Assembly (NCBI GenBank): GCA_963662545.2
Contig: CAXXLL010000003.1
Coordinates: forward strand, 832,001-896,000
Reading direction: 5' to 3'
DNA: 64,000 bases
Source of the DNA: Gammaproteobacteria bacterium
GTDB lineage: Bacteria > Pseudomonadota > Gammaproteobacteria > Ga0077536
The notes beneath the pieces were generated by a model. It was not told where the DNA came from and ran no database searches. It saw only the letters and a program-made list of their open reading frames with translations. The translations under genes were made by a program, and so were the position numbers. Numbering within the stretch: the first letter of the stretch is position 1; each line of letters starts with the position of its first letter. This document shows, piece by piece, positions 1 to 11,723 of the stretch.

Positions 1-321
1 CATGCGTTTGTTGCGCGGTTCCAATAGAGTGAAGCAAAGGTGCGGCAAGGCGATTGCCAGTACGAGTCCGGGCAAGCCCGCACCGGAGCCGACGTCCACA
101 ACGCGGGGGCCGTTTACATACGGCTGTACCGATAGACAATCGGCGATATGCTCACTCGCGAAACTCGCGGGCGTCGAGGCCGAAGTCAAGCTGGCAAAGC
201 GCCGCCACTTACCGACCAATTCTGCATAGCTACAGAGTTGATCGAATTGCTTCTCGGTCAGGGAAATACCGAGTTTGTCAGCGGCATCGCGGATGATCCC
301 CGCGACCGTATCCGCGCCCAT
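1..321 (-). CDS. rsmG: 16S rRNA m7G527 methyltransferase RsmG (GidB), partial; 3' end runs off the window
   Basis: Manual translation from ATG at 321: MGADTVAGII...EHIADCLSV...VVDVGSGAGLPGLVLAI...FTLLEPRNKRM. SAM motif DVGSGAGLPG; lies downstream of mnmG. Not in the ORF track. Confidence 0.9.
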   Translation of the reverse strand, partial: MGADTVAGIIRDAADKLGISLTEKQFDQLCSYAELVGKWRRFASLTSASTPASFASEHIADCLSVQPYVNGPRVVDVGSGAGLPGLVLAIALPHLCFTLLEPRNKRM

Positions 322-334
322 TATCGGGGACCTA

Positions 335-496
335 GCAGCCTGTCGGACTTAGGGAATCGTCGCGAGGCGGGGGGGAGAGCGGGCTGAGAGGTGTCATGGT
401 TTGAGGCGAATAGTGGTGCTATTTAACGAGAACCATGGCGCATCTGGACCGCTATCCCAACGCCGTAGCAGATTCATCCTAAGTCCGACAGGCTGC
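335..496. mobile_element. MITE family A, copy 1 (162 bp)
   Basis: Terminal inverted repeats (TIRs) GCAGCCTGTCGGACTTAGG / CCTAAGTCCGACAGGCTGC; near-identical inverted copy at 7581-7742. Confidence 0.85.
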
Positions 497-500
497 TTGT

Positions 501-2393
501 TCAGGCGGACTTCGCCAGGGCCACGCCATATTTCTTGAGATAGACCAGCAGCAATGATATTGCAGCGGGGGTCACTCCCGAAATGCGCGCCGCCTGCCCG
601 ACGGTCACCGGTCGGTGGTCCGACAGCTTTTGCACGGCCTCGTTCGATAGACCGCGCACATCCCGATAATTAACGGCGACGGGAATTCGCATTTGTTCAT
701 GGGACTGATCGCGTTTCACATCTTCACGCTGACGCTCGATGTAGCCGCTGTAGCGTGCGCTATTCTCGAGTTGCTCGATCACGGCCGCGTCGGTGACACC
801 CGGACCTGCACCGGGAAGCCGCATGAGCATCGCATAGTCAATTTCGGGGCGCCGCAGTAGTTCAGACAGCCTTTGTTCCTTGCGCAGCGGTTGTCCAATT
901 ACTTCCGTGGCAAGGTCGGGGGGTATTCGTCCCGGCGTCATCCACACGCCGTCAAGCCGGAGTTGTTCCGTCACGATCGCCTTTCGCTTGGCCTCGAACC
1001 GGCGCCAGCGATCATCGTCGATCAGACCCAGTTTCCTTGCGACGGGCGTGAGACGCTGATCCGCGTTATCTTCACGCAACATCAGGCGGTATTCCGCGCG
1101 ACTCGTGAACATGCGATACGGCTCGTCGGTGCCGCGGGTAACGAGATCGTCGACCAGTACACCGAGGTAGGCCTCGTCACGGCGCGGGTACCATGTGTCC
1201 TCTTCCCTTATTCGCCGCGCGGCGTTGATCCCCGCGAGCAAGCCCTGTGCCGCAGCTTCTTCGTAACCAGTCGTGCCGTTAATCTGGCCGGCGAAGAACA
1301 GACCTTCGATCTGTTTGGTTTCGAGCCAGGGCGTGATATCTCTCGGATCAAAATAATCGTATTCGATCGCATATCCCGGCCGCGTGATAACCGCTCGTTC
1401 GAACCCATTGATCGAACGCACGAAATCGATTTGTACGTTGAATGAAAGGCTGGTCGAAATCCCGTTGGGATAAATTTCGCGCGTATGTAAGCCTTCGGGT
1501 TCGACGAAGATCTGGTGCGAGGATTTGTCCCCAAAGCGAACGACCTTGTCTTCGATCGACGGACAATAGCGTGGACCTGCGCCCTTAATGCTGCCATTGA
1601 ACATGGGCGAGTGCTCGAGCCCGTCGCGAATGATGTCATGCGTTCGTTCGCAGGTGTAGGTGATGTGACACGGGACCTGACGTGGGTGATCTGCGCGTGA
1701 GCCCGTGAATGAAAATACCGGGCGCGGTTCGTCGCCCGGCTGGATTTCCAGCTTGTCGAAATCGACGCTGCGCCCGTCGATGCGTGGCGGCGTACCCGTT
1801 TTGAGTCTCCCCACCCTGATCGGCAGCTCGCGCAGTCTTCGGGCTAGCGCCAGAGATGGCGGATCACCTGCGCGTCCACCGCTGTAATTCGATTCCCCGA
1901 TATGAATGCGGCCGCCGAGAAAAGTACCCACGGTAAGCACGACTACGCGCGCGCGGAATGTGAGCCCAATCTGGGTGACCACACCGACCACCCTCGCGTT
2001 TTCGACAACGAGATCATCAACCCCCTGCTGGAAGAGCGTGAGCTGGGGCTGGTTTTCAAGCACGCCGCGGGCGCAGGTCCGATATAAGCCGCGGTCAATC
2101 TGCGCGCGTGTAGCACGCACCGCCGGCCCCTTACTCGCGTTCAGCGTGCGAAAATGGATTCCGCAAGCGTCGGCACCGCGGGCCATGAAGCCGCCCAGCG
2201 CGTCGATTTCCTTGACGAGATGACTCTTACCAATGCCTCCGATCGCGGGATTACAAGACATTTGTCCGAGCGTTTCGATACTTTGCGTGAGCAGCAGCGT
2301 GTCCACCCCCATGCGTGCCGCCGCGAGTGCCGCTTCGGTCCCGGCATGGCCGCCGCCGACAACGATGACGTCGTAGGTCTCGGGATGTTGCAT
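501..2393 (-). CDS. mnmG: tRNA uridine-5-carboxymethylaminomethyl(34) synthesis enzyme MnmG (GidA)
   Basis: [52 protein letters not shown] motifs; 630 aa. Confidence 0.98.
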   Translation of the reverse strand: MQHPETYDVIVVGGGHAGTEAALAAARMGVDTLLLTQSIETLGQMSCNPAIGGIGKSHLVKEIDALGGFMARGADACGIHFRTLNASKGPAVRATRAQIDRGLYRTCARGVLENQPQLTLFQQGVDDLVVENARVVGVVTQIGLTFRARVVVLTVGTFLGGRIHIGESNYSGGRAGDPPSLALARRLRELPIRVGRLKTGTPPRIDGRSVDFDKLEIQPGDEPRPVFSFTGSRADHPRQVPCHITYTCERTHDIIRDGLEHSPMFNGSIKGAGPRYCPSIEDKVVRFGDKSSHQIFVEPEGLHTREIYPNGISTSLSFNVQIDFVRSINGFERAVITRPGYAIEYDYFDPRDITPWLETKQIEGLFFAGQINGTTGYEEAAAQGLLAGINAARRIREEDTWYPRRDEAYLGVLVDDLVTRGTDEPYRMFTSRAEYRLMLREDNADQRLTPVARKLGLIDDDRWRRFEAKRKAIVTEQLRLDGVWMTPGRIPPDLATEVIGQPLRKEQRLSELLRRPEIDYAMLMRLPGAGPGVTDAAVIEQLENSARYSGYIERQREDVKRDQSHEQMRIPVAVNYRDVRGLSNEAVQKLSDHRPVTVGQAARISGVTPAAISLLLVYLKKYGVALAKSA

Positions 2394-2724
2394 GGAAAGG
2401 CGGCCTCATGAGGTCGGAAACGGGCGCCAAGGATAATCCCGGGTGCCCGAAGATTAAAGTAATAATCCTCGCGAATAACGCGCTGTCGTGAAACTTCGAG
2501 CATCCGTTTGGGTCTTCGAATGGTGTTGACGCCTTTATACGCCGTGTGGAAGACTCTGCGCCGGTCGAAATAGGGCCGCAAGCACCGCGACGGGATAATG
2601 GCCTTGAGGAAACAGAGAATATTTCATCTGCGCTCAATTTCGCGACGCCGTGGCAGACGCCCGTGGTGAATCCCTGCGCCGCAGCCAATCGCCCGAGTTA
2701 ACCTGGGCCAGCTTAGAGGGATCG

Positions 2725-3699
2725 ATGTCGATGGAAGCCTTGATTGAAGTCAACAGTCTGAGCAAAGACTTTGGGAGCCTGCGGGCGGTGAAAGATCTCT
2801 CGCTCAAGGTCTACCGTGGCGAGGTACTTGGTTTCCTCGGACCCAACGGCGCCGGTAAATCGACCACCATGAAAATGATCACCGGATTTCTCACTCCAAC
2901 CAGCGGCAGTGTTTCGATCGCCGGATTCGACATCGAAAAATCGCCGATCGAAGCCAAGGCGCGGATCGGCTATCTGCCCGAAGGCGCGCCGGCATATGGC
3001 GAAATGACGCCCATCGGCTTTCTCGAATTCATCGCGGACATTCGCGGCATATCGCGCTCGCAGCGTAACGCCCGCATCACCGAAGTAGTGTCCAGAATTC
3101 ACCTCGAAAGCGTACTCCACCAACGCATAGAGACGCTGTCCAAGGGATTCAAACGCCGCGTGGGACTGGCGCAGGCGATCCTCCACGACCCTGAAATTTT
3201 GATTATGGATGAACCTACGGATGGTCTCGATCCAAATCAGAAGCACGAAGTGCGGACATTGATCCAGGAAATGGCTGCCAATAAAGCCATCGTAATCTCG
3301 ACTCACATTCTCGAAGAGGTCAACGCTGTTTGCACACGCGCTATCATCATCGGCCGGGGCGAAATCATTTTCAGCGGAACTCCGCGTGAGTTGGCCAGCC
3401 GCTCACGCTATAACAACGCTGCTACCGTCCTCATCGACGCATCGGATATCGAGAGAGTGCGTAGCGCGCTCCGCTCGATGAGTGGTGTGCAAGATGTTGA
3501 AGAATCACGTAGCGGCGACGAGGCCAGGATCACCGTCATTCCGGAAGAAGGGGCCAATCCCGCTGTAGCCGTTCAGCAGTGTCTCGCTGACATAGGTTGC
3601 AGTCCTCATGAGTTTTTCGTCGAACATGGCCGCTTGGACGAAGTGTTTCGCAGCATCACTACAACGGCATCGGACGGCGGGGAGATACACCGGACATGA
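2725..3699 (+). CDS. ABC transporter ATP-binding protein (GldA-like)
   Basis: Walker A GPNGAGKST, LSKGFKRRVG signature, ILIMDEPT; start moved to the ATG after AGAGGG. Confidence 0.9.
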   Translation: MSMEALIEVNSLSKDFGSLRAVKDLSLKVYRGEVLGFLGPNGAGKSTTMKMITGFLTPTSGSVSIAGFDIEKSPIEAKARIGYLPEGAPAYGEMTPIGFLEFIADIRGISRSQRNARITEVVSRIHLESVLHQRIETLSKGFKRRVGLAQAILHDPEILIMDEPTDGLDPNQKHEVRTLIQEMAANKAIVISTHILEEVNAVCTRAIIIGRGEIIFSGTPRELASRSRYNNAATVLIDASDIERVRSALRSMSGVQDVEESRSGDEARITVIPEEGANPAVAVQQCLADIGCSPHEFFVEHGRLDEVFRSITTTASDGGEIHRT

Positions 3700-4430
3700 C
3701 GGGATTTAGCACGATACTCAAGCGTGAACTGAGTGCATACTTTGCGACACCGGTTGCCTATGTCTTCATCGTTATCTTTCTCGTCTTAACTGGCGTATTC
3801 ACTTTCTACATCGGCGGTTTTTACGAGCGCGGCCAGGCTGACCTCGAACCGTTTTTCCGCTTCCACCCGTGGATCTACATGTTCCTGATACCGGCTATTT
3901 CGATGCGCCTTTGGTCGGAAGAACGCAGCGCAGGAACGCTGGAGCTGCTGCTTACCCTGCCGGTATCGCTGACCGTAACCGTTTTGGGTAAGTTTTTCGC
4001 CGCCTGGTGTTTTACCGCTGTCGCCCTGGCCGGTACTTTGCCGATATGGGCGACGGTCAACTACCTGGGCGAGCCTGATAATACGGTGATCGCCGCCGGC
4101 TATATCGGCAGCCTGTTGATGGCTGGGGGCTTCCTCTCCATCGGATCGTGCATCTCCGCGTTGACTAAAAACCAGGTCATTGCGTTTGTCGTAAGCTTTG
4201 TCATCTGTTTTGCGTTCAATTTGAGCGGGTTTCCCATGGTGCTTGACGTCTTCAGCGCCTGGGCGCCGCGCGCTATCGTCGACGTCATCAGTTCCTTTAG
4301 CTTTCTCACGCATTTTGATTCGATACTCAAGGGCGTAATTGATTTGCGAGATCTCGTTTTCTTCGCGAGCCTCATAGCCTTTTGGCTCTATGCAAACGTT
4401 CTTGCAATTCAGGCCACTAAAAGCAACTGA
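3696..4430 (+). CDS. ABC-2 type permease (GldF-like)
   Basis: Multi-TM protein with MRLWSEERSAGTLELLLTLP; ATGA overlap with the ATPase. Confidence 0.88.
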   Translation: MTGFSTILKRELSAYFATPVAYVFIVIFLVLTGVFTFYIGGFYERGQADLEPFFRFHPWIYMFLIPAISMRLWSEERSAGTLELLLTLPVSLTVTVLGKFFAAWCFTAVALAGTLPIWATVNYLGEPDNTVIAAGYIGSLLMAGGFLSIGSCISALTKNQVIAFVVSFVICFAFNLSGFPMVLDVFSAWAPRAIVDVISSFSFLTHFDSILKGVIDLRDLVFFASLIAFWLYANVLAIQATKSN

Positions 4431-4482
4431 GTCGGGCGTTTTACACCGCATCACCGCCTGAACTTTACGGACATCTAGTCGG

Positions 4483-6390
4483 ATGAATAGAAAGATCGAG
4501 ACAGGAACCAGTGTTCTTATCGCCCTGGCGTTGTTTCTTGGGGTCAATATCATTGCGAACCAGACACTGACGGCGGTGCGCCTCGATCTGACCGAAAACA
4601 GTCTCTACACGCTATCCGACGGGACCCAAAATATACTTGCTGGAATCGGCGAGCCAATAACCGTGCGCCTGTATTATTCGGCGAAACAGTTCGCCGACGT
4701 GCCGCAGCTTTTGAACTACGGGAAGCGCGTGCGTGACATGCTGGAGGAATACGTAGCGGTCGGAAACGGCAAACTCAAGCTGTTCGTGATTGACCCCGAG
4801 CCCTTTTCTGAAGCGGAAGACGAGGCGGTCGCGAATGGCGTGCGACAACTGTCCCTGACGGCAACGGGCGAAATGGGTTATCTCGGGCTCGTGGGTACGA
4901 ACGCAACCGGCGACACCGAGGTTCTGGAACTGCTGAGTCCTGAGCGCGAAGACGCGCTCGAATACGAGATCACGAAGATGATCTACACCCTCGCGTATCC
5001 ACAAAGGCGCGTGATCGGCGTGTACTCGGAGCTCCCTGTATTTGCACCACCTCCGGATCCCATGACCGGGCAGTCATCTGGGGAGGACTGGGCTTCCTTC
5101 CAAATGCTGAGAGAACTCTACGAAATTCGCGAACTCGATATTGATGCGACCGAAATCGAGGAGGATATCGATACCTTGATCGTGGTCCATCCCAAGGAAA
5201 TTTCACGGCAGACTACCTACGCGTTCGATCAATTCGTGCTCAGTGGCGGGAAAGCCATGATATTCGTCGATCCGATGGCCGAGCAGGATCGCACGCGCCC
5301 GGATCCCACCAGCCCCGGCGTCATTCCCAAGCTCGATTCCGACCTTGCGCCATTGCTCGAGAAATGGGGCCTACGTCTCGTTCCCGACAAAGTCGTGGGC
5401 AGCGTGGACGCGGCCGTGCGCGTGAATTTTCGCGGCGAGCGGGGGCCACAGGAAGTCGAATATTTGCCATGGCTTCAGCTTCAGGGCGTCGCCTTGAACT
5501 CCGACGATTTCGTGACCAACGAGTTAAAGATCATCAACGTGGGGACGGCCGGATCACTCGAACCAATCGAAGGCCATACCCTCTCTCACATTTCATTGAT
5601 AAAGGTCGGAGGCGATTCCGGATTGTTGGAGCGTGACGCGATCGTGTTTGTCCGCAATCCGGCCGGATTACTCGAGAATTTCGAATCGGACGACCGTGAG
5701 CACGTCGTTGCCATGCGCATATCCGGGACTGCAGAGACCGCTTTTCCGGACGGGCGTCCGCTTTCCGACGAGGAAAAGCGAGCGCCGCAAGATGAAAGCT
5801 TCATGATGAAATCGGAAACTCCGATCAATGTCATCGTGGTTGCGGACACCGATCTTCTAGCGGATCGATTTTGGGTCCGGTTTAGCAATTTCGCTGGAAT
5901 GCGCATACCGGATCCGTTTGGAAACAACGCCGATTTCCTGATCAACGCCATAGACAATCTCGGCGGGAACGACGATCTCATTGGCCTGCGCAGCCGCGGG
6001 CAGTACGCACGCCCCTTCAAGATCGTGCAGGAAATTCAAAGGGAAGCGGAATCACAGTTTCGCGAACGGGAGCAAGCGCTGCAGACAAAACTGAACGAAG
6101 CCGAGCAAAAACTTGCGGAATTACAGAGCCAGGAAAGCGAAAACGAGATGTTTCTGACGCCGGAGCAAAGAGCCGAAATAGACAAATTCAGGCAGGAACA
6201 GCTCCGCACCCGTAAAGAACTCAGAGCCGTCCAACACGACCTGCAGCGGAATATCGAGCGCTTAGGGGCCCAGCTCAAGTTCGTTAATACAGCGCTCGTG
6301 CCGCTGCTCATATCGATATTGGCCGTGGTCGTCAGCGTCTTCACAGCGCGCGCGGCGCGGCAGTTGAGTCAGGCGCGGGAGAAGCCGTAA
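4483..6390 (+). CDS. GldG-family ABC auxiliary component
   Basis: N-terminal TM, RLDLTENSLYTLS motif, VVADTDLL, NADFLINAID, coiled coil, C-terminal TM. Confidence 0.85.
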   Translation: MNRKIETGTSVLIALALFLGVNIIANQTLTAVRLDLTENSLYTLSDGTQNILAGIGEPITVRLYYSAKQFADVPQLLNYGKRVRDMLEEYVAVGNGKLKLFVIDPEPFSEAEDEAVANGVRQLSLTATGEMGYLGLVGTNATGDTEVLELLSPEREDALEYEITKMIYTLAYPQRRVIGVYSELPVFAPPPDPMTGQSSGEDWASFQMLRELYEIRELDIDATEIEEDIDTLIVVHPKEISRQTTYAFDQFVLSGGKAMIFVDPMAEQDRTRPDPTSPGVIPKLDSDLAPLLEKWGLRLVPDKVVGSVDAAVRVNFRGERGPQEVEYLPWLQLQGVALNSDDFVTNELKIINVGTAGSLEPIEGHTLSHISLIKVGGDSGLLERDAIVFVRNPAGLLENFESDDREHVVAMRISGTAETAFPDGRPLSDEEKRAPQDESFMMKSETPINVIVVADTDLLADRFWVRFSNFAGMRIPDPFGNNADFLINAIDNLGGNDDLIGLRSRGQYARPFKIVQEIQREAESQFREREQALQTKLNEAEQKLAELQSQESENEMFLTPEQRAEIDKFRQEQLRTRKELRAVQHDLQRNIERLGAQLKFVNTALVPLLISILAVVVSVFTARAARQLSQAREKP

Positions 6391-7511
6391 TGAACGCGAA
6401 AACCGTCGGCCTCGCCCTGCTGACTCTTGCCGTCATCGGATTGGCCTGGAAAGTAAGCGAGGACAAGGCGCCTCAAACCGAGATGGTTCGCACATACCTG
6501 CATCCCGGCCTCATTGACCGCTTGAACGACATCGGTCGCGTCCATCTGAAATCCGCTGAACACGAAACGATTCTCGTGCGGGACCACGACGCTTGGAAAG
6601 TTGAAAACCGCGACGGGTTTCCAGCGGAATTTGCCCATGTTAAACGTGCGGTTTTGCAGATGGCCGAGCTCAAGCTCGTTGAGGAAAAAACGACGATTCC
6701 AGAGAATTATCCGCGTATCGGTGTCGCCGATATCGACTCCGACGAAGCCGACGGTACACTCATCGAACTCACCACGGACACCAATGAGGCCATAGCCGCC
6801 TTGGTGATCGGAAATGCGCTAAACACCGGCGCCCGGAAACAGCATTACGTTCGCAAGCTTGGCGGCCAGCAATCATGGCTCGTCGCGGGTGAACTCGACA
6901 TTTCCGCCGAGACATATAAATGGCACGAATCCGATATTACCGACATCGATACGCAGCGAGTGAAACAGGTTTCCATACAAACGCAAGAAGGCGAGACAAT
7001 CCTGGTTGCCAAGTCGGATTCGTCGAAGAACTATTTTGAGCTTGCAAACATTCCGGAAGGGTATGAAGCCAAATCGAAAGCAACGATCTCGAGCATCGGA
7101 GCAATCCTACTATCCCTGAAATTCAACGACGTGGCATCTGCGACACGGGTCGGGCAGCTCACGTCGATTAAGCAAATCGAACTACAGACCTTCGATGGTC
7201 TCGTCGCTACACTCGAAGAGTTCGAGCTCGAGGGTAGATCACTCGTACGATTCGATTTTTCCTTCGACCCCGAACTCCTCGAAGCCGAGGAAGAGGAAGA
7301 GGAAGAAGGGGAGGCAGAAAAGACCGATGGCGAGGACGAGTCGCGAGAGACCGGCGCCGCCGAAGCCGTAGCAGACGAAGCCGCGCGTCTCAAGAAGAGT
7401 ACGGCACAATGGGTATATGAATTACCCGATTACAAAATGCGAACCATCAACAAGCGCTTCGAGGACCTCATCAAGGAGAGCGAAGCTCCCGACGAATCAA
7501 ACGATGAGTGA
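6390..7511 (+). CDS. DUF4340-like membrane-anchored periplasmic protein
   Basis: N-terminal anchor, YVRK..QSWLV motif, acidic tract; usual fourth gene of Gld-like operons. Confidence 0.7.
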   Translation: MNAKTVGLALLTLAVIGLAWKVSEDKAPQTEMVRTYLHPGLIDRLNDIGRVHLKSAEHETILVRDHDAWKVENRDGFPAEFAHVKRAVLQMAELKLVEEKTTIPENYPRIGVADIDSDEADGTLIELTTDTNEAIAALVIGNALNTGARKQHYVRKLGGQQSWLVAGELDISAETYKWHESDITDIDTQRVKQVSIQTQEGETILVAKSDSSKNYFELANIPEGYEAKSKATISSIGAILLSLKFNDVASATRVGQLTSIKQIELQTFDGLVATLEEFELEGRSLVRFDFSFDPELLEAEEEEEEEGEAEKTDGEDESRETGAAEAVADEAARLKKSTAQWVYELPDYKMRTINKRFEDLIKESEAPDESNDE

Positions 7512-7580
7512 GATAGGATGATTTTCCAGACGGTGCAGGGTGATCACCGGTCCCGAAAGCAACACATGCATTCACGCCTA

Positions 7581-7742
7581 GCAGCCTGTCGGACTTAGGA
7601 TGAATTGACTTGGGCGTTGGGATAGCAGTCCAGATGTGCCATGGTTTTCGTTAAATAGCACCACTATTCGCCTCAAACCATGACACCTCTCAGACCTCTC
7701 TCCCAACCGCCTCGCTACGATTCCCTAAGTCCGACAGGCTGC
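7581..7742. mobile_element. MITE family A, copy 2 (162 bp, inverted relative to copy 1)
   Basis: Same TIRs; CTAG overlaps both ends (TA or CTAG target duplication). Confidence 0.87.
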
Positions 7743-7749
7743 TAGCCTA

Positions 7750-8313
7750 TCAATGAACGCTGTCACTCGATCCGCAGCTGGCGGGTAGCGCAGCCGTCAA
7801 CTTGCGCAAGACGCGCCAACCGTTCGAGCTTCCGAGATCCCGCCACAAATGATAAGCGTTAAATCCGTCGATGCATGGCTTGCCCGATTGCAAAAGGCGC
7901 ACGGTTTGCAAAGTATCCATCGCGAGGACGAACTCATCACCCAATAATGCGTGAAGGTCCGAACCGTATCTAGAGGCGTACTCGCGATAGGCATTGCGGC
8001 CAACCTGAACGAAATAGGCTACCGGAATTCCCTTGCGGATCGCGTTTTCGGGAAACAGTCCGGCCAGCAATAAGCACTGATCGCCGATAAGCGCCGGATC
8101 CACGGTGTCTGCCATGAGCATTTGGTTGAGACGATCGAGCAGCCCTATTTCCGGATCCATCCCGATCATCTCGACGCCAATCTGTCGGAATAGCATGCTG
8201 ATCATGTATTCCTCGGCCGCCGGAGAAATACGTACACCCCCCGCGATCTGGGCGTGCGTCAGTAATGCGCGCCAGCCGGCGGTTTCGACGATGTGCAGGT
8301 CACAACTCTCCAT
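7750..8313 (-). CDS. Hypothetical protein (187 aa)
   Basis: Natural-looking ORF with GDQCLLLAGLFP and YFVQVGRNAY segments; function not recognised. Confidence 0.7.
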   Translation of the reverse strand: MESCDLHIVETAGWRALLTHAQIAGGVRISPAAEEYMISMLFRQIGVEMIGMDPEIGLLDRLNQMLMADTVDPALIGDQCLLLAGLFPENAIRKGIPVAYFVQVGRNAYREYASRYGSDLHALLGDEFVLAMDTLQTVRLLQSGKPCIDGFNAYHLWRDLGSSNGWRVLRKLTAALPASCGSSDSVH

Positions 8314-8721
8314 GGGCGAAATCCTCTTGTGGGATCTGTGTCGGCTCGCCCGCGCCGAACTTTAACCGGCGGGCTAGCTCGCATATTGCATGAAGGACGG
8401 CGGTGCCGGCTGAGGACAGGTGCGTCTGGACGCCGGTCTGGAGCTCGAGTCATAGCGGTTGCTATGGCGAGAGTGAAGACCAAGTCCAGGCGTGCATGGA
8501 CCAGCCGGGGCGTCGTAGGCCGCAAGCGACGGTACCCATTGCGACTGGCTCAAATATCGTCGAATGGCCGAATTGATCTTGTTTGTTAAACAAAGTCTCT
8601 GAGCGCCGCGACCGCCTTTGTGCAATATGCGGGCTGGACCCGCCGCGGCATACTAAACCTTGAAGTCTACCGCTATACTTTCGCCCCCAAGTTCTCCCGC
8701 CCCTTTTTCGCCGAACTTAGC

Positions 8722-9648
8722 ATGAGCACGCTGCCATCCTCACCCCAAACGTTTCAGGCGCTCATTTTCGAATTGCAGCGATTTTGGAGCGACCTCGACT
8801 GTGTTATCGCCCAACCATACGACATGGAAATGGGCGCTGGGACCTTTCACCCAGCCACGTTTCTGCGCGCCATAGGTCCAGAGCCCTGGCGCGTCGCTTA
8901 CGTACAGGCTTCGCGGCGCCCGACCGACGGGCGCTACGGGGACAATCCGAATCGGCTGCAGCACTATTACCAGTTTCAGGTGCTGCTCAAACCGTCACCG
9001 AACGATATTCAAAATCTGTACCTCGATTCAATGCGCGCGCTCGGCATCGATTTACTCGTGCATGACTTGAGGTTCGTCGAAGATAACTGGGAATCGCCCA
9101 CCCTGGGCGCCTGGGGCTTGGGCTGGGAGGTCTGGTTGAACGGCATGGAGATCACCCAGTTCACCTATTTCCAGCAGGTTGGCGGGCTCGACTGTCGGCC
9201 GGTATCCGGGGAGATCACTTACGGGCTGGAGCGGATCGCAATGGTTCTGCAGGGGGTGGACTCGGTTTATGACGTCATTTGGGCAGCGTCCGACACCCGT
9301 CGGGTCACTTACGGCGACGTTTACTTTCAGAACGAAGTCGAGATGTCCGCCTACAATTTCGAGCACGCAGATACCAAGGCCTTGTTCGCATGGTTCGACC
9401 AATGCGAAGTAGAGGCCAATCGCCTCATCGAGCTCAACCTGCCGCTGCCGGCCTACGAACAAATGGTCAAGGCCTCTCATACTTTCAACCTGCTCGACGC
9501 ACGCCGCGTCATTTCGGTAACCGAGCGCCAACGATACATTCAGCGTGTTCGCAGCCTCGGGCGCGCCATCGCGAAAGCCTATTACGCCGCTCGTGAAGCG
9601 CTCGGCTTTCCAATGGCCGTCCGAGCGACATCGGCTTCCGCCGGATAG
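8722..9648 (+). CDS. glyQ: Glycine--tRNA ligase alpha subunit
   Basis: [44 protein letters not shown]. Confidence 0.98.
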   Translation: MSTLPSSPQTFQALIFELQRFWSDLDCVIAQPYDMEMGAGTFHPATFLRAIGPEPWRVAYVQASRRPTDGRYGDNPNRLQHYYQFQVLLKPSPNDIQNLYLDSMRALGIDLLVHDLRFVEDNWESPTLGAWGLGWEVWLNGMEITQFTYFQQVGGLDCRPVSGEITYGLERIAMVLQGVDSVYDVIWAASDTRRVTYGDVYFQNEVEMSAYNFEHADTKALFAWFDQCEVEANRLIELNLPLPAYEQMVKASHTFNLLDARRVISVTERQRYIQRVRSLGRAIAKAYYAAREALGFPMAVRATSASAG

Positions 9649-9650
9649 CG

Positions 9651-11723
9651 ATGAAAAAAGATCTATTGATCGAGCTCGGAACGGAAGAATTACCACCGAA
9701 ATCTCTGCTTCGCCTGTCGCAAGCTTTCTCCTTGAACGTCGAGGAGGGATTGAAAACAGCCAGATTAGCGTTCGGCGTAATCGAGCCGTATGCGACGCCG
9801 CGGCGGTTGGCGCTGATCGTGAAAGGACTCGCAGCGGAGCAACCGGATCGCATTGAACAACGCCGCGGACCGGCTCTGAACGTCGCTTTTGATCAATCCG
9901 GCCGACCGACGCGGGCAGCCGAAGGATTTGCCCGTTCCTGCGGGGTAGCAGTCACGGATCTCGGCCGCTTGAAAACCGATGACGGCGAGTGGCTCGCCTA
10001 CGATCTTCACATCGACGGTCGTAGTTCCGCTGAGGTGCTGCCGGGCATCGTATCCGAAGCCCTGGCGAGCCTGCCGGTATCCAAACGCATGCGCTGGGGC
10101 GAGCACTCGGTCGAATTCGTACGGCCCGTCCACTGGCTCGTCATGTTGTACGGTGCCGGTGTCGTCGAGTGCGAAATCCTGGGACTTGCGGCCGGACGTG
10201 TTACATACGGGCACCGATTTCATCACCCCACCCCGATCGAACTTCAACATCCCGACGACTATGCCGGCGAGCTGGAAAAAACCGGGTGGGTGATCCCAGG
10301 GTTCGCAAAACGTCGTGATCACATTCGCTCATTGATCGAGGCCTGCGTGGGCGAAAATGACGATACGGTACTGATCGACGCTGATCTCATCGACGAAGTG
10401 ACGGCGCTCGTCGAATGGCCCGTCGCCATAGATGGGAGTTTCGACGAGCACTTTCTCGCGCTTCCCCCAGAGGTGTTGATCGCGTCGATGAAGGATCACC
10501 AGAAGTATTTTCCCGTGCACGATGTCAACGGAAATCTGCGCAATCGTTTCATTGCGATCTGCAATATCGAAAGCCGCGATCCGATGGTCGTGCGCTCGGG
10601 GAACGAACGGGTTATTCGTCCGCGCCTCAGCGACGCCGAATTCTTCTGGAAAACCGATCGCGCCCAGCGTCTGGAGGCGCGCCACGAACTATTGTCCGAT
10701 ATGGTATTCGAAAAACGCCTGGGCTCCCTGCTAGACAAAACCAAGCGTGTCGAGGAAATTTCGAAACGCATCGCCAACACCTTCGGTGCTGATCCGGAAT
10801 CTGTCTCACGCGCGGCTCATCTTTCACGCTGTGACCTGTTGTCGGAGATGGTCGGTGAATTTCCGGAACTACAGGGGACGATGGGTCGCTATTACGCGCT
10901 GGCGGACGGAGAACCGGAAGCCGTGTGCGAAGCTCTGGGAGATTTTTACAGGCCGCGATTCGCGGGCGACGCGATTCCCGGTTCATCTGCCGGACGGTGT
11001 ATTGCGTTGGCTGACAAGCTGGATACGCTGGTCGGCATATTCGGTATTGGATCGATGCCCACGGGCGATAAAGATCCGTACGCATTACGACGCGCCGCGC
11101 TCGGATTACTGCGCATTCTCATTGAAGGCGAAATAGGCCTCGATTTACGCAGCGCGATCTCAACTACAGTTGCGGCTTATGGAGAGATCAACCTGGTCGA
11201 GAATACTTCGAACAAGGTCTACGCTTTCGTTCGTGACCGGATGCGTGGCTATTTCGTGGACCGCGGCGCACCGACGGACGCCTGCGATGCTGTATGGGCC
11301 AACGATCCAGGCTCACCGCTCGAAACGGCCCGTCGTCTCGGCGCCGTTACCGGTTTTCGGGAAATGGATGCGGCGATTGCACTGGCCAGTGCGAACAAGC
11401 GCATCGCCAACATTCTGAAAAAGCTCGAGCGGGAACCGCCACTCATGGTCGACCGAGATCTGCTGGCTGAGCCGGAGGAAAGAACCCTCGCGGATCAATA
11501 CAACGCTCTCGCGAGTGAGGCGGAGGATCTCTTTATTGGACAGGAATACACGCGGTACATGGAACTACTGGCGGGTCTTCGCGATCCGGTTGACGCATTC
11601 TTCGACAACGTTTTGGTGATGTGTGAAGACGAGCGTCTACGCGACAATCGGCTCGCATTATTATCGTCATTGCACGTTTTGTTCACTCGGGTCGCTGACA
11701 TCGGCAAACTGCATAACGGGTGA
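9651..11723 (+). CDS. glyS: Glycine--tRNA ligase beta subunit
   Basis: LLIELGTEELPP, TPRRLA, EFPELQGTMG, DPYALRRAA; follows glyQ. Confidence 0.97.
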   Translation: MKKDLLIELGTEELPPKSLLRLSQAFSLNVEEGLKTARLAFGVIEPYATPRRLALIVKGLAAEQPDRIEQRRGPALNVAFDQSGRPTRAAEGFARSCGVAVTDLGRLKTDDGEWLAYDLHIDGRSSAEVLPGIVSEALASLPVSKRMRWGEHSVEFVRPVHWLVMLYGAGVVECEILGLAAGRVTYGHRFHHPTPIELQHPDDYAGELEKTGWVIPGFAKRRDHIRSLIEACVGENDDTVLIDADLIDEVTALVEWPVAIDGSFDEHFLALPPEVLIASMKDHQKYFPVHDVNGNLRNRFIAICNIESRDPMVVRSGNERVIRPRLSDAEFFWKTDRAQRLEARHELLSDMVFEKRLGSLLDKTKRVEEISKRIANTFGADPESVSRAAHLSRCDLLSEMVGEFPELQGTMGRYYALADGEPEAVCEALGDFYRPRFAGDAIPGSSAGRCIALADKLDTLVGIFGIGSMPTGDKDPYALRRAALGLLRILIEGEIGLDLRSAISTTVAAYGEINLVENTSNKVYAFVRDRMRGYFVDRGAPTDACDAVWANDPGSPLETARRLGAVTGFREMDAAIALASANKRIANILKKLEREPPLMVDRDLLAEPEERTLADQYNALASEAEDLFIGQEYTRYMELLAGLRDPVDAFFDNVLVMCEDERLRDNRLALLSSLHVLFTRVADIGKLHNG

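Noticed and set aside
2394-2724. oriC upstream of mnmG
   Set aside because: Only one weak DnaA-box-like 9-mer (TGTGGAAGA), and no AT-rich unwinding element or GATC cluster.
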